From NCBI RefSeq assembly GCF_004353825.1, contig NZ_SMNA01000002.1:496001-560000 (forward strand): a stretch of DNA of 64,000 nucleotides, written 5' to 3'. Made by a program: the position numbers and the translations under genes. Source of the DNA: Occultella glacieicola (GTDB lineage Bacteria; Actinomycetota; Actinomycetes; Actinomycetales; Beutenbergiaceae). The notes beneath the pieces were generated by a model, which saw nothing but the letters and a program-made list of their open reading frames with translations, was not told the origin of the DNA and searched no databases. Each line of letters starts with the position of its first letter. Positions within the stretch are counted from its first letter, which is position 1. This document shows positions 1-11,754 of the stretch, in pieces.

Positions 1-40
1 CGAGGACGGCACAACCCGCGCCTGAGCTCCTCGGATCGGG

Positions 41-349
41 TCAGATGGCCGCGGCCGGCGCGGTGATCGCGAACGTCGCCATCACCAGCCCGGTCACCGC
101 CAGGAACGCCACGTCGAAGCCCCGCGACCGGGCCGAGATCCCGTAGGGGCCCGGCCGCGGGGCGACGGCGCGGACGAACGCCAGCACGCCGAGCTCGGCG
201 GCGAACATGAGCGAGGCCGGCCGGGCGCCGACCAGGAACGACGCGGCCACGATCAGCACCATCGCGAGCAGGGCCACCCACATCACCGCGTGGCTGCGCG
301 GTTGCGCGGGCAGTGGCACGTCGGCCGGTGCGCTGGTGGGAACGGTCAC
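41..349 (-). CDS. Small membrane protein, DUF3017-like
   Basis: About three hydrophobic segments and a C-terminal SARSRGFDVAFL motif. Start trimmed from the 154-aa ORF to the GTG at 349. Confidence 0.65.
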   Translation of the reverse strand: MTVPTSAPADVPLPAQPRSHAVMWVALLAMVLIVAASFLVGARPASLMFAAELGVLAFVRAVAPRPGPYGISARSRGFDVAFLAVTGLVMATFAITAPAAAI

Positions 350-428
350 GCATGCGAGCCTACTCGCCGGACAGCGAGGCCCTCGCAGGCCCCCTCCCAG
401 ACCCCGGCACCGCACGGCGGCGGTGGCC

Positions 429-437
429 TGTGGACAA
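429..437 (-). promoter_or_regulatory. Single DnaA-box-like 9-mer (TTGTCCACA)
   Basis: Exact match to the actinobacterial DnaA-box consensus in the divergent intergenic region. Only one copy. Confidence 0.3.
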
Positions 438-458
438 CGGCCGACCCCTGAATGCCAG

Positions 459-483
459 GCCGTCATGATCGGATCATGACGGC
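459..483. repeat. Perfect inverted repeat with 12-bp arms (possible operator)
   Basis: GCCGTCATGATC-G-GATCATGACGGC, 30 bp upstream of the Uma2 start. Confidence 0.6.
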
Positions 484-513
484 TGGTGACAGGCAGGAGC
501 GCCAAGGAGCACC

Positions 514-1068
514 ATGGGGGTCATGACAGCGATGCCGCGCACCGGCGAGGAATGGACGGTCGATGACCTCGACCGGCTTCCGGACGACGGGCTGCAGTAC
601 GAGCTGCTCGACGGTTTGCTGCTCGTGACCCCGGCCCCGGTGCTCCTGCATCAGCGCACGATCGGCAACCTGCACCTGCTGCTGCGTGCCGCCTGCACTC
701 CCGGCTACGAAGTCTTCCTCTCCCCGGTCGACTGGCGGCCGGACCTGCGCACCTCGCTGCAGCCGGACCTGCTCGTGGTCCGCAACGAGGACGTCGCGGT
801 CAGGAACATCACGGCGCCGCTGGTCCTGGCCGTCGAGGTGCTCTCACCGTCCACTCGGCGCAAAGATCTGGTGCTGAAGCGTCGAAGTACGAGGACAGCG
901 GCGTGCAGTCCTATTGGGTCGTCGACCCGAAGGCACCGGAGCTGGTCGCCCTCGACCTGGTCGACGGCCGCTACGTCACCACGGACCCTCGCCGGTGACG
1001 AGCGCGCGATCCTCCACCACCCGTTCGACGTCGAGGTGGCGCCGGCGGACCTGATCCGGGCTCCCTGA
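514..1068 (+). pseudogene. Uma2-family PD-(D/E)XK endonuclease with two compensating frameshifts
   Basis: WTVDDL..PDDG..YELLDG, QPDLLV and VEVLSPST..D..K motifs. The expected SKYEDSGVQSYWVVDP segment lies in another frame (882 to about 983) before the ORF frame resumes. Confidence 0.7.
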
Positions 1069-1130
1069 GCGCGCTCCGCACCGCCCGGGCCGAAGCCTGA
1101 ACGCGTCCACTGCGGGGCTACGGTGGGAAC

Positions 1131-2375
1131 GTGAGACTCCCCGCGCCCCGACGTCCGGACCGGATCGTGGTGGTGGGAGCCGGGCTCGCCGGGCTGCGCA
1201 CCGTCGCCGAACTGCGCGCCACCGGGTTCACCGGTCACCTCACCCTGCTCGGCAACGAGGGCCTGCCTCCGTACGACCGGCCACCGCTGTCGAAGGAGCT
1301 CCTCACCCGGACCACGCCGCTGTGGCTCGCCGACGACCTCGGCTACGACCTGGACGGCCTCGCCGACGAGGTGCGGCTCGCCACGGCAGCGCGCGCGCTC
1401 CGCGTGGGTCCGGACGGCCCACGGCTGGACCTGGACGATGGCGCGGAACTCGCCGCGGACGCGGTGGTGGCGGCCACCGGGTCCCGGCCGCTGCGCCCGC
1501 ACGGCTGGGATCACGCGCTGCTGCTGCACTCGGCGAGCGACGCGGACACGCTCCGGGCCGCGATCACGCCCGGCGCCCGGATCGTGGTGGTCGGCGCCGG
1601 CTGGATCGGCGCCGAGGTGGCCGGGGTGGCCGCGGCCGCGGGCGCGTCGGTGACCGTCCTGGAGGCGGGACCCGCTCCCCTGGGCCGGCAACTGGGACCC
1701 GACCTGGGCGGGCGCACCACGCCGTGGTACGCGCAGGCGGGGGTGGACCTGCACACCGGCGCCACGGTCACCCGGGTCGAGCCCGACGGCGTGCACCTCA
1801 CCGATGGCCGCACGTTCGCCGCGGACGTGGTGCTGTGCGCGATCGGGGCCCGCCCGGCCACCGAGTGGCTCGGTGACGCGGTCCGCCGGGAGCCGTCCGG
1901 GCACGTGCGGGTCGACGCCGGTGGGGCCAGCGCCACCCCCGGGGTCTGGGCGGTCGGGGACGTCGCCGCTCGGTCGCATCCGACCCTCGGCGCCGTGCCC
2001 GGCGGCCACTGGTCCGCGGCGCTCACCGATCCCGAGCCGCTGGCCCGGGCCCTGCTCGGCATCGAACCCGACGGCGCGGCGGAGCCCGCACCGTACGTGT
2101 ACTCCACCCAGCTCGGGCACCACCTGACCGTGTTCGGCCGTCTGCACGGGACCGACGGTGCGCCGATCCGCCTCCTCGACCGCGGTGAGGTCGGGGCCGG
2201 CCCATGGACGGCTCTCGCGCTCGAGGGCGACGCCCTCGTCGGTGCCGTCATCGTCGACGCCCCCCGCGAGGTTGCCGCCGTTCGCAGACTGCTCGGCGCG
2301 GCCGAACTCCCCCGGCTCGACCCCGTGCTCGCGGCGGACCCGACGACGAAACTACGCTCCGCCGTCGTGCCCTGA
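1131..2375 (+). CDS. FAD/NAD(P)-dependent oxidoreductase, ferredoxin-reductase-like
   Basis: GAGLAG, PYDRPPLSKE, ATG, GAGWIGAE and WAVGD motifs. TACGGT -10 lies 6 nt before the GTG. Confidence 0.9.
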   Translation: MRLPAPRRPDRIVVVGAGLAGLRTVAELRATGFTGHLTLLGNEGLPPYDRPPLSKELLTRTTPLWLADDLGYDLDGLADEVRLATAARALRVGPDGPRLDLDDGAELAADAVVAATGSRPLRPHGWDHALLLHSASDADTLRAAITPGARIVVVGAGWIGAEVAGVAAAAGASVTVLEAGPAPLGRQLGPDLGGRTTPWYAQAGVDLHTGATVTRVEPDGVHLTDGRTFAADVVLCAIGARPATEWLGDAVRREPSGHVRVDAGGASATPGVWAVGDVAARSHPTLGAVPGGHWSAALTDPEPLARALLGIEPDGAAEPAPYVYSTQLGHHLTVFGRLHGTDGAPIRLLDRGEVGAGPWTALALEGDALVGAVIVDAPREVAAVRRLLGAAELPRLDPVLAADPTTKLRSAVVP

Positions 2376-2409
2376 CCGCCCCCGGGGCGCCGCGACCGTG
2401 CGCCGGTCG

Positions 2410-3990
<1,581 letters not shown>

Positions 3991-4058
3991 GGCGTTCACT
4001 CCTGGTTCGAATTGGCGCGACCCACCGGGGTCGCTCGACGATGATGTGCACCACCGCG

Positions 4059-4141
4059 GCACCCAGGCGATCGGTGCGCTACAGATTCGATCCTTCGGCC
4101 GCTCCCAGGTGGTGCTCCACCTCTGACGCCAGTCACGACCG
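4059..4141 (-). promoter_or_regulatory. ZMP/ZTP (pfl) riboswitch
   Basis: Minus strand reads GGTCGTGACTGGCG..GAGGTGGAGCACCACCTGGGAGCGGCC, a linker, then the 3' hairpin GCACCGATCGCCTGGGTGC, whose CGCC can pair with GGCG (pseudoknot). It lies in the purH leader, the usual context. Confidence 0.93.
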
Positions 4142-4276
4142 CGGCCAGTCTAGCGCCCGACGGCGCAGGGTCGCCCGGGCGGGTCGGGTCACCTCCACTG
4201 TCGCCGCACGCCGATCCAGGGTAAAGTGCCGGTCAAGGATTGTTCGACAGTGTGGCCGGACGATGAGGTGACGACC

Positions 4277-4450
4277 ATGGCAGAGACACCAGCAGCGTGG
4301 TACGTGCGGGCCTGGCGGGCGGTGCGGGGCTACGTCGCCGAGATGTTCGCCGCCAGCGACGCGAGCGACACGATCGACGCGAACCAGGCTCGGATGCACC
4401 CGCGCGTGCAGTTGCGCGGCCGCACCATGAACGGCGGCTGGGGTCCGTAG
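4277..4450 (+). CDS. Hypothetical small protein (57 aa)
   Basis: GAGGTG RBS before the ATG, GC3-rich codons, and it fills the purH-purN gap. Confidence 0.55.
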   Translation: MAETPAAWYVRAWRAVRGYVAEMFAASDASDTIDANQARMHPRVQLRGRTMNGGWGP

Positions 4451-4502
4451 CGACACCGCTCGCACCAAGGGACGGCCACCGCCGCTCACCCCGGAACCCC
4501 GG

Positions 4503-5159
4503 TCAGGCCTCGATGATGACGCGACGTCCCTCGACCCGCCACGGGTGGCGGGCCAGCCGGCCCGTGTAGTCCACGAGCTGGGCCCGCTCGGCGACCTTGA
4601 TCCGCTCGGTGAGGCTCTCCTCGGTGTCGTCGTCGAGCACCGGCACCGCGCACTGGGCGATGATCACGCCGGTGTCCACGCCCTCGTCGACCACGAACAG
4701 GGTGGCCCCGGCCAGTTTCACCCCGTAGGCGAGCGCCTCCCGTGGCCCGTGGATACCCGGGAACGCCGGCAGGAGCGCGTTGTGGGTGTTCAGGTACCGC
4801 CCGCCGAACCGGGACAGGAACCTGGAGCCGACCAGCTTGAGGAAGCCCGCCGAGATCACGAGATCCGGTGAGTGGGCGGCGACGGCGTCCGTCAGGGCGC
4901 CGTCCCAGGCGTCCCGGTCCGGGTGGTCCCCCAGTCGCTCGACGAACGTCGGGACACCAGCCGCGGCCGCGATGTCGAGTCCGGCGCACCCGGGCCGGTC
5001 GGCACCGACGGCCACGACGACGGCGCCGTAGCCGGGGTCCTGCGCCGCCTCGAGCAGCGCGGCGAGGTTCGATCCACCGCCCGAGATGAGGACGACGACG
5101 CGGGCCGGGCCCGCGGTCGGTTCGTCGGATCCGGTGTGGGCGGGCGTAGGTGTCGACAC
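4503..5159 (-). CDS. purN: Phosphoribosylglycinamide formyltransferase
   Basis: VVLISGGGSNL, LNTHNALLPAFPG and VDEGVDTG motifs; adjacent to purH. Confidence 0.97.
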   Translation of the reverse strand: MSTPTPAHTGSDEPTAGPARVVVLISGGGSNLAALLEAAQDPGYGAVVVAVGADRPGCAGLDIAAAAGVPTFVERLGDHPDRDAWDGALTDAVAAHSPDLVISAGFLKLVGSRFLSRFGGRYLNTHNALLPAFPGIHGPREALAYGVKLAGATLFVVDEGVDTGVIIAQCAVPVLDDDTEESLTERIKVAERAQLVDYTGRLARHPWRVEGRRVIIEA

Positions 5160-5260
5160 AGCGTCCGACTGTAGTCGCTACGCGAACGGGTGTCCGAGTA
5201 GGGGTCCCGGATCTGGGACACTGGACCTGGTCGTGGCCGCTGGAGGACGGAGGAGGTCGG

Positions 5261-5785
5261 ATGAGCAATCCCTACGCCCCGCCGGACCCGTCGCGGCCCA
5301 AGCCGGACCCGGATCGGCACAACCTGCGCCGGCCCGACCGGCCGCCGGGTGGCCTGCTCCGGCCGGGCCGCCCGCCCGAGGAACCACGACCGGCACCGAG
5401 CCCGGAGCAACTCGTCGAGATCAGCCGGTCGGTCATGTTCTTCGGGCTGCTGCTGCTCGCCGCGGTGCTCACGTCCGGGCTGCCGATCCCCTGGCAGGTC
5501 GCGGCGCCGCTGTTCGCCGGCGGTGCCATCGTGATCGGCCTGCGCACCCTGGGCAAGATCCGCCGGTTCGGCGTTCGCGGCATGATCACGGTGTTCCTGA
5601 CCGGTGGGATGGTGCTGTCCGCGCTGCTGCTGTTCTCCTCGGTCACCCTGCTCTCGCTGTGGCCCGCGCAGGTCGAGCGCCAGCAGTGTCTCGACTCGGC
5701 CCTGACGATCGCCGCGCAGGACCGCTGCGAACAGCGGTTCAACGAGGCCGTGGCCGATCGGTACGGCACCAGTACCGGCGGCTGA
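5261..5785 (+). CDS. Hypothetical membrane protein
   Basis: GGAGGAGG RBS, Pro-rich N-terminus, about three TM segments and a C-terminal Cys pair. Confidence 0.75.
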   Translation: MSNPYAPPDPSRPKPDPDRHNLRRPDRPPGGLLRPGRPPEEPRPAPSPEQLVEISRSVMFFGLLLLAAVLTSGLPIPWQVAAPLFAGGAIVIGLRTLGKIRRFGVRGMITVFLTGGMVLSALLLFSSVTLLSLWPAQVERQQCLDSALTIAAQDRCEQRFNEAVADRYGTSTGG

Positions 5786-5832
5786 GCGGGGGCGCGAAGC
5801 CGGTCGTCAGGTCCGATGTTCAGGTCCGTGGA

Positions 5833-7104
5833 TCAGGGCCGCTCGTCCGGCCGGACCTCGCCCCACCAGGACCGCACCGTCGTGCGGATCCACCCGACGG
5901 CACGGGCCGTGGCCGGGTGGCTGAGGGTGACCACCGCACCCGCTCCGAGCAGCGTCTGCCAGCCGACGGCCACGGCGACCGGAAGCGCCTCGGCTCCGAC
6001 GACCGCCATCCGGCCGGGCCCGATCCCGCCCGACCCGGCCACGACCGCGGCCCCCACGACCGCTGCCGTGAGGGTCGCGGCGACCACGACGGCCGCCAGC
6101 GAACCGAGCAGGCCCGCGGTGGGTGCCGCGCGGTGCAGCCACCAGCCGGCGGCTGCACCGACGAGGACGCCGAGCACCACCACGATGCCGAGCTCCCCGA
6201 GGAGGCTGCCCGGCTCCGGGAGCGCGCCGAGCACCGGGACCACCGGGAGCGGGCCCGCGTCGATGCCGGAGGGCGTGAACGCCGTGCCCTCCCCCACCGC
6301 GAACCCGGGCCCGGCCAGATAGGCGAGCGCCCACATCATCAGGGTCGGCAGGAGCAGGAGCTGGGCGAACACAGCGACCACGGTGCTCACGCCGTCGGTG
6401 TGCAGCCCGGCGTGGAGCTCGAGGATCGCCTCGAACGAGATGACCACCGCAGCCACCACCGCGACCAGTGCCACCAGCACGAGTGCGACCAGGATCCGGA
6501 CCCCGGCGCGCAACCCGAGCACGAAGGCGTCGGGGATGTGGTCCAGCGCCCGGGCCGGGCCGGCCGGTAGCCGCGGGTATCGGCCGCGTTGGCCGAGCAG
6601 TGACCCGACCACCGCCACGGCGAGCGCGCCCCCGAGAGCCCGGGCTCCGCCGTCGACCCCCGCGAATGCGACCAGCAGACCGGTGCCGGCGACGTAGGTG
6701 CCGGCGGCAACCATCAGGGCGGTCCACCCGGTGAGCTGCGCCCGGCGGACGGCGGCGGACATCAGGAACACCGCCAGTGCGGTGACCCCGAGCGGAACGA
6801 GGCTGAGCTGGAATCCCGCGACCTGCACCAGCGCCCCGTGGCCGAGGAGCCAGGCCGCGGTGCCGATCCGGGCCGCCTCCAGCCAGCCGGCCTCCCCGAG
6901 CGCGGGCGACGCCGCGGTCGCCACATACGCGGCGACGGCGGGGATCACCAGCACCAACCACCCGAAACCGGCCGCCTCGGCCCCCGCGAGCAGCCCGCGC
7001 ACCGAATGCTCCGGCATCCGGAACGCCGGGCGGGACCGACCGCCGTACGCCTCGTGCTCGATGACGCGCGGTGGGATCGTCGGCGGGCGGGTGGTGGTAC
7101 TCAT
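5833..7104 (-). CDS. PerM/DUF6350-like polytopic membrane protein
   Basis: WLLGHG, LSLVPLG, GPGFAVG, PVVPVLGALP and GGIGPGRM motifs; usual position upstream of purN. Confidence 0.8.
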   Translation of the reverse strand: MSTTTRPPTIPPRVIEHEAYGGRSRPAFRMPEHSVRGLLAGAEAAGFGWLVLVIPAVAAYVATAASPALGEAGWLEAARIGTAAWLLGHGALVQVAGFQLSLVPLGVTALAVFLMSAAVRRAQLTGWTALMVAAGTYVAGTGLLVAFAGVDGGARALGGALAVAVVGSLLGQRGRYPRLPAGPARALDHIPDAFVLGLRAGVRILVALVLVALVAVVAAVVISFEAILELHAGLHTDGVSTVVAVFAQLLLLPTLMMWALAYLAGPGFAVGEGTAFTPSGIDAGPLPVVPVLGALPEPGSLLGELGIVVVLGVLVGAAAGWWLHRAAPTAGLLGSLAAVVVAATLTAAVVGAAVVAGSGGIGPGRMAVVGAEALPVAVAVGWQTLLGAGAVVTLSHPATARAVGWIRTTVRSWWGEVRPDERP

Positions 7105-7159
7105 CGCCTCCCATGGTCGCCCGAGACGGCCCGCGAGCCGGGGCGGCGCGCGGGAGGGG

Positions 7160-9355
7160 TCACGAACTCGTCAGGATCACGAGCTCCTGGGTGGCCCTGG
7201 TCATGGCCACATACCGATCGACGGCACCTTCGATGCCGGTGCCGAACGATTCCGGGTCGACGAGGACCACCAGGTCGAATTCGAGGCCCTTCGCCAGCTC
7301 CGGGGTGAGCGCCCGGACCCGGTCCCGGCCCGTGTCGAGTGGCATCGGGCTGCCGATCACGGCGGCGATCCCCTCGTCGTGCTCGGTGAGCCAGGCGTCC
7401 AGGATCGCGTCGAGCTCCCCGGTGCGGGCGTGGCGCACGGGTGTTCCGGTGCTGCGCACCGAGGTGGGCACGTTCGCGTCGGGTAGGGCCGCGCGGATCA
7501 CCGGTTCGGCCTCCACCATGACCTCCTCGGGCGTGCGGTAGTTGATGGTCAGGGTGGCCAGGTCGAGCCGGGTGAGCCCGACCCGCTCCAGTCGCTCGAG
7601 CCACGACTCGGTGAAGCCGTGCCGGGCCTGAGCCCGGTCCCCGACCACCGTGAAGCTGCGGGACGGACACCGCAGCAGCAGCATCTGCCACTGGGCGTCG
7701 GTCAGTTCCTGCGCCTCGTCGACGACGATGTGCGCGAACGGGCCCGCGAGCGGGTCGCCGACGGCGTCCCGGCCGAGCCCGCTGGAGTCGACGAGTTTGT
7801 CGCGCATGTCGTCCAAACGCAGCATCTGCATGACGCCCATCTCACTGTCGTCGGTCGCGATCAGGTCGTCGACGACGTCGTCCATGTGCGCTCGCTGCTC
7901 GGCCAGGGCCGCCTCGCGCCGGCGGCGGCGGCGCAGCACCTCCGGGTCGCCGAGCCGCTGCCGGGCGGCGTCGAGGAGCGGCAGATCGGCCTCGGTCCAC
8001 GCCTGCGGGTCCTCGCGCTGCAGGGTCCGGATCTCCTCGCGGCTCAGCCACGGGGCGCACAGGCGCAGGTAGGCGGGCACGGACCAGAGGTCCCCGACGA
8101 CGTCCCCCGCCTCGAGCGTCGGCCACGCCTCGGTGAGGGCGCCGCGCAGGTCGCCGTTGCGGCGCAGCGCGGCGCGCACCGCCTCGACGTCGTCCTCGCC
8201 CTCGTAGCCGTCGAGGAGGATCGTGATCAGCTCCTCGAGGAGGTCCTCGCGGACCTCGTTGTGGGGTGTGCTCGCGTCGCGCGCCGCGAATGCCTCGGTC
8301 CAGTCCTCCGGGCGTACCCGGAAGTCGCCCCACTCCGTGTCCAGGTCGAGGTGCTCGCTCGGGGGCTGCTCATAGAACGCGATGGCTCGCTCGATCCCAC
8401 CGACGATCTGGGCGGAGGACTTCAGACGGGCCACCTCCGGGTCCGCTTCCGGCCGGGTCGAGGCACCCTCGGGGACGAGGTCGCGGATCGTCGCGGTTCG
8501 CACCCCTTCCTCGCCGAGGCTGGGCAGCACGTCGGAGACGTAGGCCAGGTAGGGCTGGTGGGGGCCCACGAAGAGCACACCGCCGCGCCGGTGCCCGAGC
8601 CGGGGGTCGGCGTAGAGCAGGTACGCGGTGCGGTGGAGGGCGACCACCGTCTTGCCGGTGCCGGGCCCGCCGTCGACGACGAGCCCGCCGTCGGAGCCGG
8701 CCCGGATGATCGCGTCCTGGTCGGCCGCGATCGTGCCCAGCACGTCCCGCATCCGCGGCGACCGGGTGCTGCCGAGGCTGGCGATGAAGGCGGACTGGTC
8801 ATCGAGGGCGGGGTAGCTCTCACGTCCGGCCGCCGAGAACCAGTCGTCACTCGCGAACACCTCGTCCCAGTAGTCGGTGATACGGCCGCCGGTCCAGCGG
8901 TAGCGACGGCGGCTCGCCAGGCCCATCGGGTTGGCGTGCGTGGCCCCGAAGAACGGCTCGGCGGCGGGCGAGCGCCAGTCGACGAGCAGCCGGCGGCCCG
9001 TGCTGTCGGTCAGGCCGAGCCGGCCCACGTACACCGTGCCCCCATCGCCGTCGGTGCCGGCGGTGTCACCGGTGGCGACCATGCGCCCGAGGCACAGGTC
9101 GAGCCCGAACCGGCGCAGCAGCCGCAGTCGGGCGGTGAGTCGGTGGATCTCCTGATCCCGCTCGAGGGCGGCCTGGCCGCTGCCGCCGGGTGCGCGGCGG
9201 GTGGTGTCGAGCCGGTCGGTGAGTTCCGCGATCTGTTCGGCGAGACTCGCCTCGATCGCGGCGAAGTGGTGCTCGTCGGCCCCGATGAGGGTCGGGTCCG
9301 CCTTCGCGGTGAGGTGGTCGGAGAGGTCGAAAGCGCTGGTACGCAGGGGATTCAT
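7160..9355 (-). CDS. helR: HelD/HelR-type RNA polymerase recycling ATPase
   Basis: YVGRLGL, LLVDWRSPAAEPFF, VDGGPGTGKTVVALHR, HIVVDEAQE, GDRAQ, INYRTP, KGLEFD and YVAMTRAT. GGAG RBS before the ATG at 9355. Confidence 0.88.
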   Translation of the reverse strand: MNPLRTSAFDLSDHLTAKADPTLIGADEHHFAAIEASLAEQIAELTDRLDTTRRAPGGSGQAALERDQEIHRLTARLRLLRRFGLDLCLGRMVATGDTAGTDGDGGTVYVGRLGLTDSTGRRLLVDWRSPAAEPFFGATHANPMGLASRRRYRWTGGRITDYWDEVFASDDWFSAAGRESYPALDDQSAFIASLGSTRSPRMRDVLGTIAADQDAIIRAGSDGGLVVDGGPGTGKTVVALHRTAYLLYADPRLGHRRGGVLFVGPHQPYLAYVSDVLPSLGEEGVRTATIRDLVPEGASTRPEADPEVARLKSSAQIVGGIERAIAFYEQPPSEHLDLDTEWGDFRVRPEDWTEAFAARDASTPHNEVREDLLEELITILLDGYEGEDDVEAVRAALRRNGDLRGALTEAWPTLEAGDVVGDLWSVPAYLRLCAPWLSREEIRTLQREDPQAWTEADLPLLDAARQRLGDPEVLRRRRRREAALAEQRAHMDDVVDDLIATDDSEMGVMQMLRLDDMRDKLVDSSGLGRDAVGDPLAGPFAHIVVDEAQELTDAQWQMLLLRCPSRSFTVVGDRAQARHGFTESWLERLERVGLTRLDLATLTINYRTPEEVMVEAEPVIRAALPDANVPTSVRSTGTPVRHARTGELDAILDAWLTEHDEGIAAVIGSPMPLDTGRDRVRALTPELAKGLEFDLVVLVDPESFGTGIEGAVDRYVAMTRATQELVILTSS

Positions 9356-9462
9356 GCCCGTCACTCCAATCTGAGGTTGGTCACCTTAGATCGGAAATTC
9401 GCCCCTCATGAGGCGGCGCGAACTCTGTTATAAATGAAAGGGCAGGGGAAATGGGACGGTCC

Positions 9463-9518
9463 GGGTGGATCCGGTGGGTGCGGGCCGTCGCCGACCCGGC
9501 ACCCACGCGGACCCACCC
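9463..9518 (-). terminator. GC-rich hairpin after sucD
   Basis: Imperfect inverted repeat GGGTGGATCCG-GTGGGTGC...GCACCCAC-GCGGACCCACCC, 11 nt after the sucD stop. Confidence 0.65.
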
Positions 9519-9529
9519 AGACCGCAGGC

Positions 9530-10420
<891 letters not shown>

Positions 10421-10462
10421 GTTCTCAGTTGTCTCTTCTGCGTCTCGTAGGTTCTCGGGTGC

Positions 10463-11638
10463 TCAGCTGTTCGCCAGTTCGGCGGCCTTGTCGGCGGCGC
10501 CGTCCATGGTGTCCACGACGGTGACCAGCGGGTGGGCGGCCTCGGCGAGGATCGCTCGGCCCTCCTCGACCGCGTTGCCGTCGAGGCGGACCACGAGCGG
10601 CTTGTTCTCCTTGTCGCCGAGGATCTCCAGCGCCTGCACGATGCCCCGAGCGACCTCGTCACAGGCGGTGATGCCGCCGAAGACGTTCACGAACACGCTC
10701 TTGACCTGCGGGTCGTTCAGGATCACGTCGAGCCCGGCGGACATCACCGCCGCCGAGGCGCCGCCGCCGATGTCGAGGAAGTTGGCGGGCTTGACGCCAC
10801 CGTGCGCCTCGCCGGCGTAGGCGACCACGTCCAGGGTGCTCATCACCAGACCCGCACCGTTGCCGATGATGCCCACCTCGCCGTCGAGCTTGACGTAGTT
10901 GAGGCCCGCGGCCTTGGCCTTCGCCTCGAGCGGGTCCGCGGCGGCCTTGTCCTCGAGCTCGGCGTGGTCGGGGTGCCGGAAGTCGGCGTTCGCGTCCAGG
11001 GTGACCTTGCCGTCGAGGGCGACGACGTCGCCGGCGCCCGTCTTGACCAGCGGGTTCACCTCGACGAGCGTGGCGTCCTCCTCGCGGTAGACGGTCCAGA
11101 GCTTCTGGATGGCCGCGGCCACCTTCGGCGCGACGTCCGGTGCGAAGCCGGCGGCGGCGACGATCTCGTCGGCCTTGGCCTGGTCGATCCCGACCTGCGG
11201 GTCGACGGGCACCCGGGCCAGCGCCTCCGGACGCTCGACCGCGAGTTCCTCGATCTCCATGCCGCCCTCGACGCTGGCCATCGCCAGGTACCGGCGCTCG
11301 GAACGGTCCAGCAGCACGGAGAAGTAGTACTCCTCCGCGATGTCCGCGCCCGCGGCGATCATCACCCGGTGCACGGTGTGCCCCTTGATGTCCATCCCGA
11401 GGATCTCCGAGGCGCGGTCGGCCGCCTCCTGCGCGGACTTCGCCACCTTGACGCCGCCCGCCTTGCCGCGGCCGCCGATCTTCACCTGCGCCTTGACGAC
11501 CACGACGCCGCCGGAGTCGCCGAGCAACTGCTCCGCCGCGGCCCTGGCCTCCTCGGGGGTGGTGGCGACGATGCCGCCCAGCACGGGTACGCCGTGCTTC
11601 TCGAACAGATCTCGTGCCTGGTACTCGAACAGGTCCAC
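10463..11638 (-). CDS. sucC: Succinyl-CoA synthetase beta subunit
   Basis: [36 protein letters not shown] and NFLDIGGGA. Confidence 0.98.
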   Translation of the reverse strand: MDLFEYQARDLFEKHGVPVLGGIVATTPEEARAAAEQLLGDSGGVVVVKAQVKIGGRGKAGGVKVAKSAQEAADRASEILGMDIKGHTVHRVMIAAGADIAEEYYFSVLLDRSERRYLAMASVEGGMEIEELAVERPEALARVPVDPQVGIDQAKADEIVAAAGFAPDVAPKVAAAIQKLWTVYREEDATLVEVNPLVKTGAGDVVALDGKVTLDANADFRHPDHAELEDKAAADPLEAKAKAAGLNYVKLDGEVGIIGNGAGLVMSTLDVVAYAGEAHGGVKPANFLDIGGGASAAVMSAGLDVILNDPQVKSVFVNVFGGITACDEVARGIVQALEILGDKENKPLVVRLDGNAVEEGRAILAEAAHPLVTVVDTMDGAADKAAELANS

Positions 11639-11674
11639 CTGCGTTGCGCCCTTCTATTGCCCGCTGTGATCGGA

Positions 11675-11692
11675 TGCCTCGACATCGAGACT
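11675..11692. promoter_or_regulatory. TamR-like 18-bp palindromic operator at the sucCD promoter
   Basis: Minus strand AGTCTCGATGTCGAGGCA lies 10 nt downstream of a TACAGT -10 (11703-11708). It shares TCTCGATGTCGAG with the site before tam. Confidence 0.65.
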
Positions 11693-11754
11693 TTTCCCTT
11701 GAACTGTACCGTGCACCGCGTCGGGCGCCCGACGTGGGGCGGTCCCGTGCGGGG

